DNA of 61,087 nt, the filler included, from Barthelona sp. PAP020 (lineage: Eukaryota), in the NCBI GenBank assembly GCA_040182905.1. It is 10 parts of 10 records of this genome, joined end to end, with 100 filler letters (N's around TTAATTAATTAA, not from the genome) between each part and the next. Parts side by side here need not be neighbours in the genome. Positions count along the whole stretch, not along the records: positions 55,156 to 61,087 come from JARQWU010000571.1; 9 more parts are not named here. One strand, written 5' to 3'. The notes below the pieces were generated by a model. The model was not told the origin of the DNA. It saw nothing but the letters and a program-made list of their open reading frames with translations, and did not search any database. Positions 59,262 through 61,087 of the stretch are shown here, in pieces. Position 1 is the stretch's first letter, and every line of letters begins with the position of its first letter. A program made the translations under genes and the position numbers.

Positions 59262-60917
59262 ATGAAAGTTCGGAAATTTCACGGATTAAGCAGATCACAT
59301 GGATCGTTTGAGCGAGAATTAAGAGATGAACGAAGAAAAAGAAGAAATACAAATTTACAACAATTAAGAAATATTCAAACAGATCAAATTAGCGATGAAA
59401 TGACTTTTAAAGAGGAAATTAAAGATATAGATGACTATTTATCATTTGAAGTTTTGGAAGTTGAAGAACTAACACATAGAATTGCAATATTAAAACAACA
59501 TATTAGTTTATTGAATTTATTGGATGAAACAAAAGAAAATATTGTGCTTAAATTGTGCGATGTATTTGTTTTTTACTTCGATTCGTATTCCACATTTTTT
59601 GAAGATTTATTTTCGGAAATATTGTGGACCTTGACTAATTTAATATATGTTTCTTCCAATATTAGTCAAATTTTGTTTCAATACAGAGTTTCTGATGAAA
59701 TTTCCTTCATTGAATTGCTTTTAAGATTGATTGATTCAAGACCAACCAAAGCACAATGTCCGACGTATTTTATTTTACATTTGTTAGGCAATTTTGCCAG
59801 GCAAAGGCAAGAATATCGTGACTTGATTTTAGAGTATCCTATTTTGCTTGAGAATGTATTTAGCCTTATTGATTGTTCATTTTTAGGGATTGTTAAACAT
59901 TTAGCCTACTTTTTGGGGTCTTTACTTTTTTTTGCGATTGATTATGATAGCATTTCCACCGTCATTGAGGTTCTATTAATATGTTTCCGACACAGTGATT
60001 TGCAGATACAAGAAATTACAATCGAAGCAATGGTTAAATTTATTGACTGTTCGATTGTCGATTTTTCCAAGGCCATTGCAAAATTTGAAAGTGAAGATGA
60101 AGAAGATGAAGAAGAAGAGGATGAAGAAGCCGAAAATTTTTTGTTTTCGGACACAGATTCAAACTCCCCAAACTCCCCAAATTTCCCCTCGAAAAATTGT
60201 TATGCGATAGACATTCTTCTTGAACGAGATTTTCTTTCTATATTGGTGAAAAGAATTCATGGGTTGCATAAATTAGCAAATGAAAAACCCAAAATAAATA
60301 TTTTAAATCTGGCCAGCAACATTGTGGCTTATAGTTCCAAAGCATCCCAATTATTAATTAAGCAAAGAGTTTTGCCCGCTTTACAATTGTTGTTATTCAC
60401 AGCAAGGTTAGAATTAGTACTCCCTACTTTGGAGTTTCTCGGAGAATTGGTGAGCACTTGTAGCAATGACAATTTACTTGAGTTTTTTCAATGTGATGGG
60501 TTGCTTCAACAAATACGCTGTTTAAGCATTAAACATGTCAATGATGTCAGAATTCAAAAGGAATGTGGTTATATATTTGGAAAATTCTTTTTATCAAATG
60601 ATTTCTATGTAATTTTAGCGTTATTGGCCAGTGATTTCTTGGATATCATTCTTGATCGTCTTCCTTTAGAAAATGACCCATCTCTTTTGACATTGTATTT
60701 TTCAGCAATTTTCAATGTTTTACGAGTTTATGAACAAAATTATGAGGTGGCTTCCAATTATTTAGGATTTGAAGACAACAATCCAAAGTTCATGATAGGT
60801 TATTTGGGAGAAAATCAATCTTTTTTGAATGCGCTGGAAAAACATGTCTCTGGAGAAGTTTTTAACATTGATGAACTCATTGAAGTTTGTGAACAAATCT
60901 TTGAGCTATTAAGATAG
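59262..60917 (+). CDS. Divergent importin-alpha-like ARM protein
   Basis: IBB-like basic N-terminus (ELRDERRKRRNTNLQQLR), then EILWTLTNL, LGNFARQRQEYRDLILE and IQKECGY. Confidence 0.65.
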   Translation: MKVRKFHGLSRSHGSFERELRDERRKRRNTNLQQLRNIQTDQISDEMTFKEEIKDIDDYLSFEVLEVEELTHRIAILKQHISLLNLLDETKENIVLKLCDVFVFYFDSYSTFFEDLFSEILWTLTNLIYVSSNISQILFQYRVSDEISFIELLLRLIDSRPTKAQCPTYFILHLLGNFARQRQEYRDLILEYPILLENVFSLIDCSFLGIVKHLAYFLGSLLFFAIDYDSISTVIEVLLICFRHSDLQIQEITIEAMVKFIDCSIVDFSKAIAKFESEDEEDEEEEDEEAENFLFSDTDSNSPNSPNFPSKNCYAIDILLERDFLSILVKRIHGLHKLANEKPKINILNLASNIVAYSSKASQLLIKQRVLPALQLLLFTARLELVLPTLEFLGELVSTCSNDNLLEFFQCDGLLQQIRCLSIKHVNDVRIQKECGYIFGKFFLSNDFYVILALLASDFLDIILDRLPLENDPSLLTLYFSAIFNVLRVYEQNYEVASNYLGFEDNNPKFMIGYLGENQSFLNALEKHVSGEVFNIDELIEVCEQIFELLR

Positions 60918-61087
60918 TTTTACAATTTGATATTTTTAGTCATACAACATAAATTCTGTTATATTAATTTTTATTTTTCCGAGGGAACTTTTCCCCTTTT
61001 GTTATTCCTTAAATTCCGAGATGCTGGTACTCAGGATTATTTGATTCGTTAGTTAATAAAATAAACCAGATTCCTTTACATTAATTC

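Noticed and set aside
1..61087. Interpreting the ~6-kb pieces as ciliate nanochromosomes
   Set aside because: There are no telomeric repeats, genes are cut at contig edges, and the code is standard.
1..61087. CRISPR arrays, rRNA, tRNA, intact transposons, viral genes
   Set aside because: I saw no repeat-spacer arrays, rRNA or tRNA signatures, or transposase, RT or capsid motifs.

Overview
This window is not one locus. It is ten contigs of about 6 kb each (1-6136, 6237-12361, 12462-18525, 18626-24687, 24788-30819, 30920-36944, 37045-42983, 43084-49022, 49123-55055, 55156-61087), sorted by decreasing length and joined by nine artificial 100-bp linkers (N44-TTAATTAATTAA-N44). Only within-contig adjacency is meaningful. 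The DNA is nuclear sequence of an AT-rich, gene-dense, apparently intron-free microbial eukaryote using the standard genetic code, with very divergent proteins. Recognisable genes include COPI beta and beta', a probable TSET TTRAY2, kinesin-14, Tudor-SN, RhoGDI, PWP1, MEMO1, ARV1, eIF3f, EF1-beta, V-ATPase A, a RalGAP-like protein and a papain protease. A squalene-tetrahymanol cyclase points to a low-oxygen lifestyle, and IFT88, CCDC113 and CCDC96 show the organism can build a motile flagellum. Best leads: (1) a tightly packed, GC-shifted cluster of functionally linked flagellar genes on contig 9; (2) the tetrahymanol cyclase; (3) an unannotated, highly structured ~255-nt candidate ncRNA at 6864-7120; (4) degenerate versions of conserved machinery (pseudo-kinesin, R-SNARE lacking its zero-layer Arg, RalGAP-beta-like protein with an intact catalytic Asn). 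All family calls are from motif recognition by eye; no database search was run.
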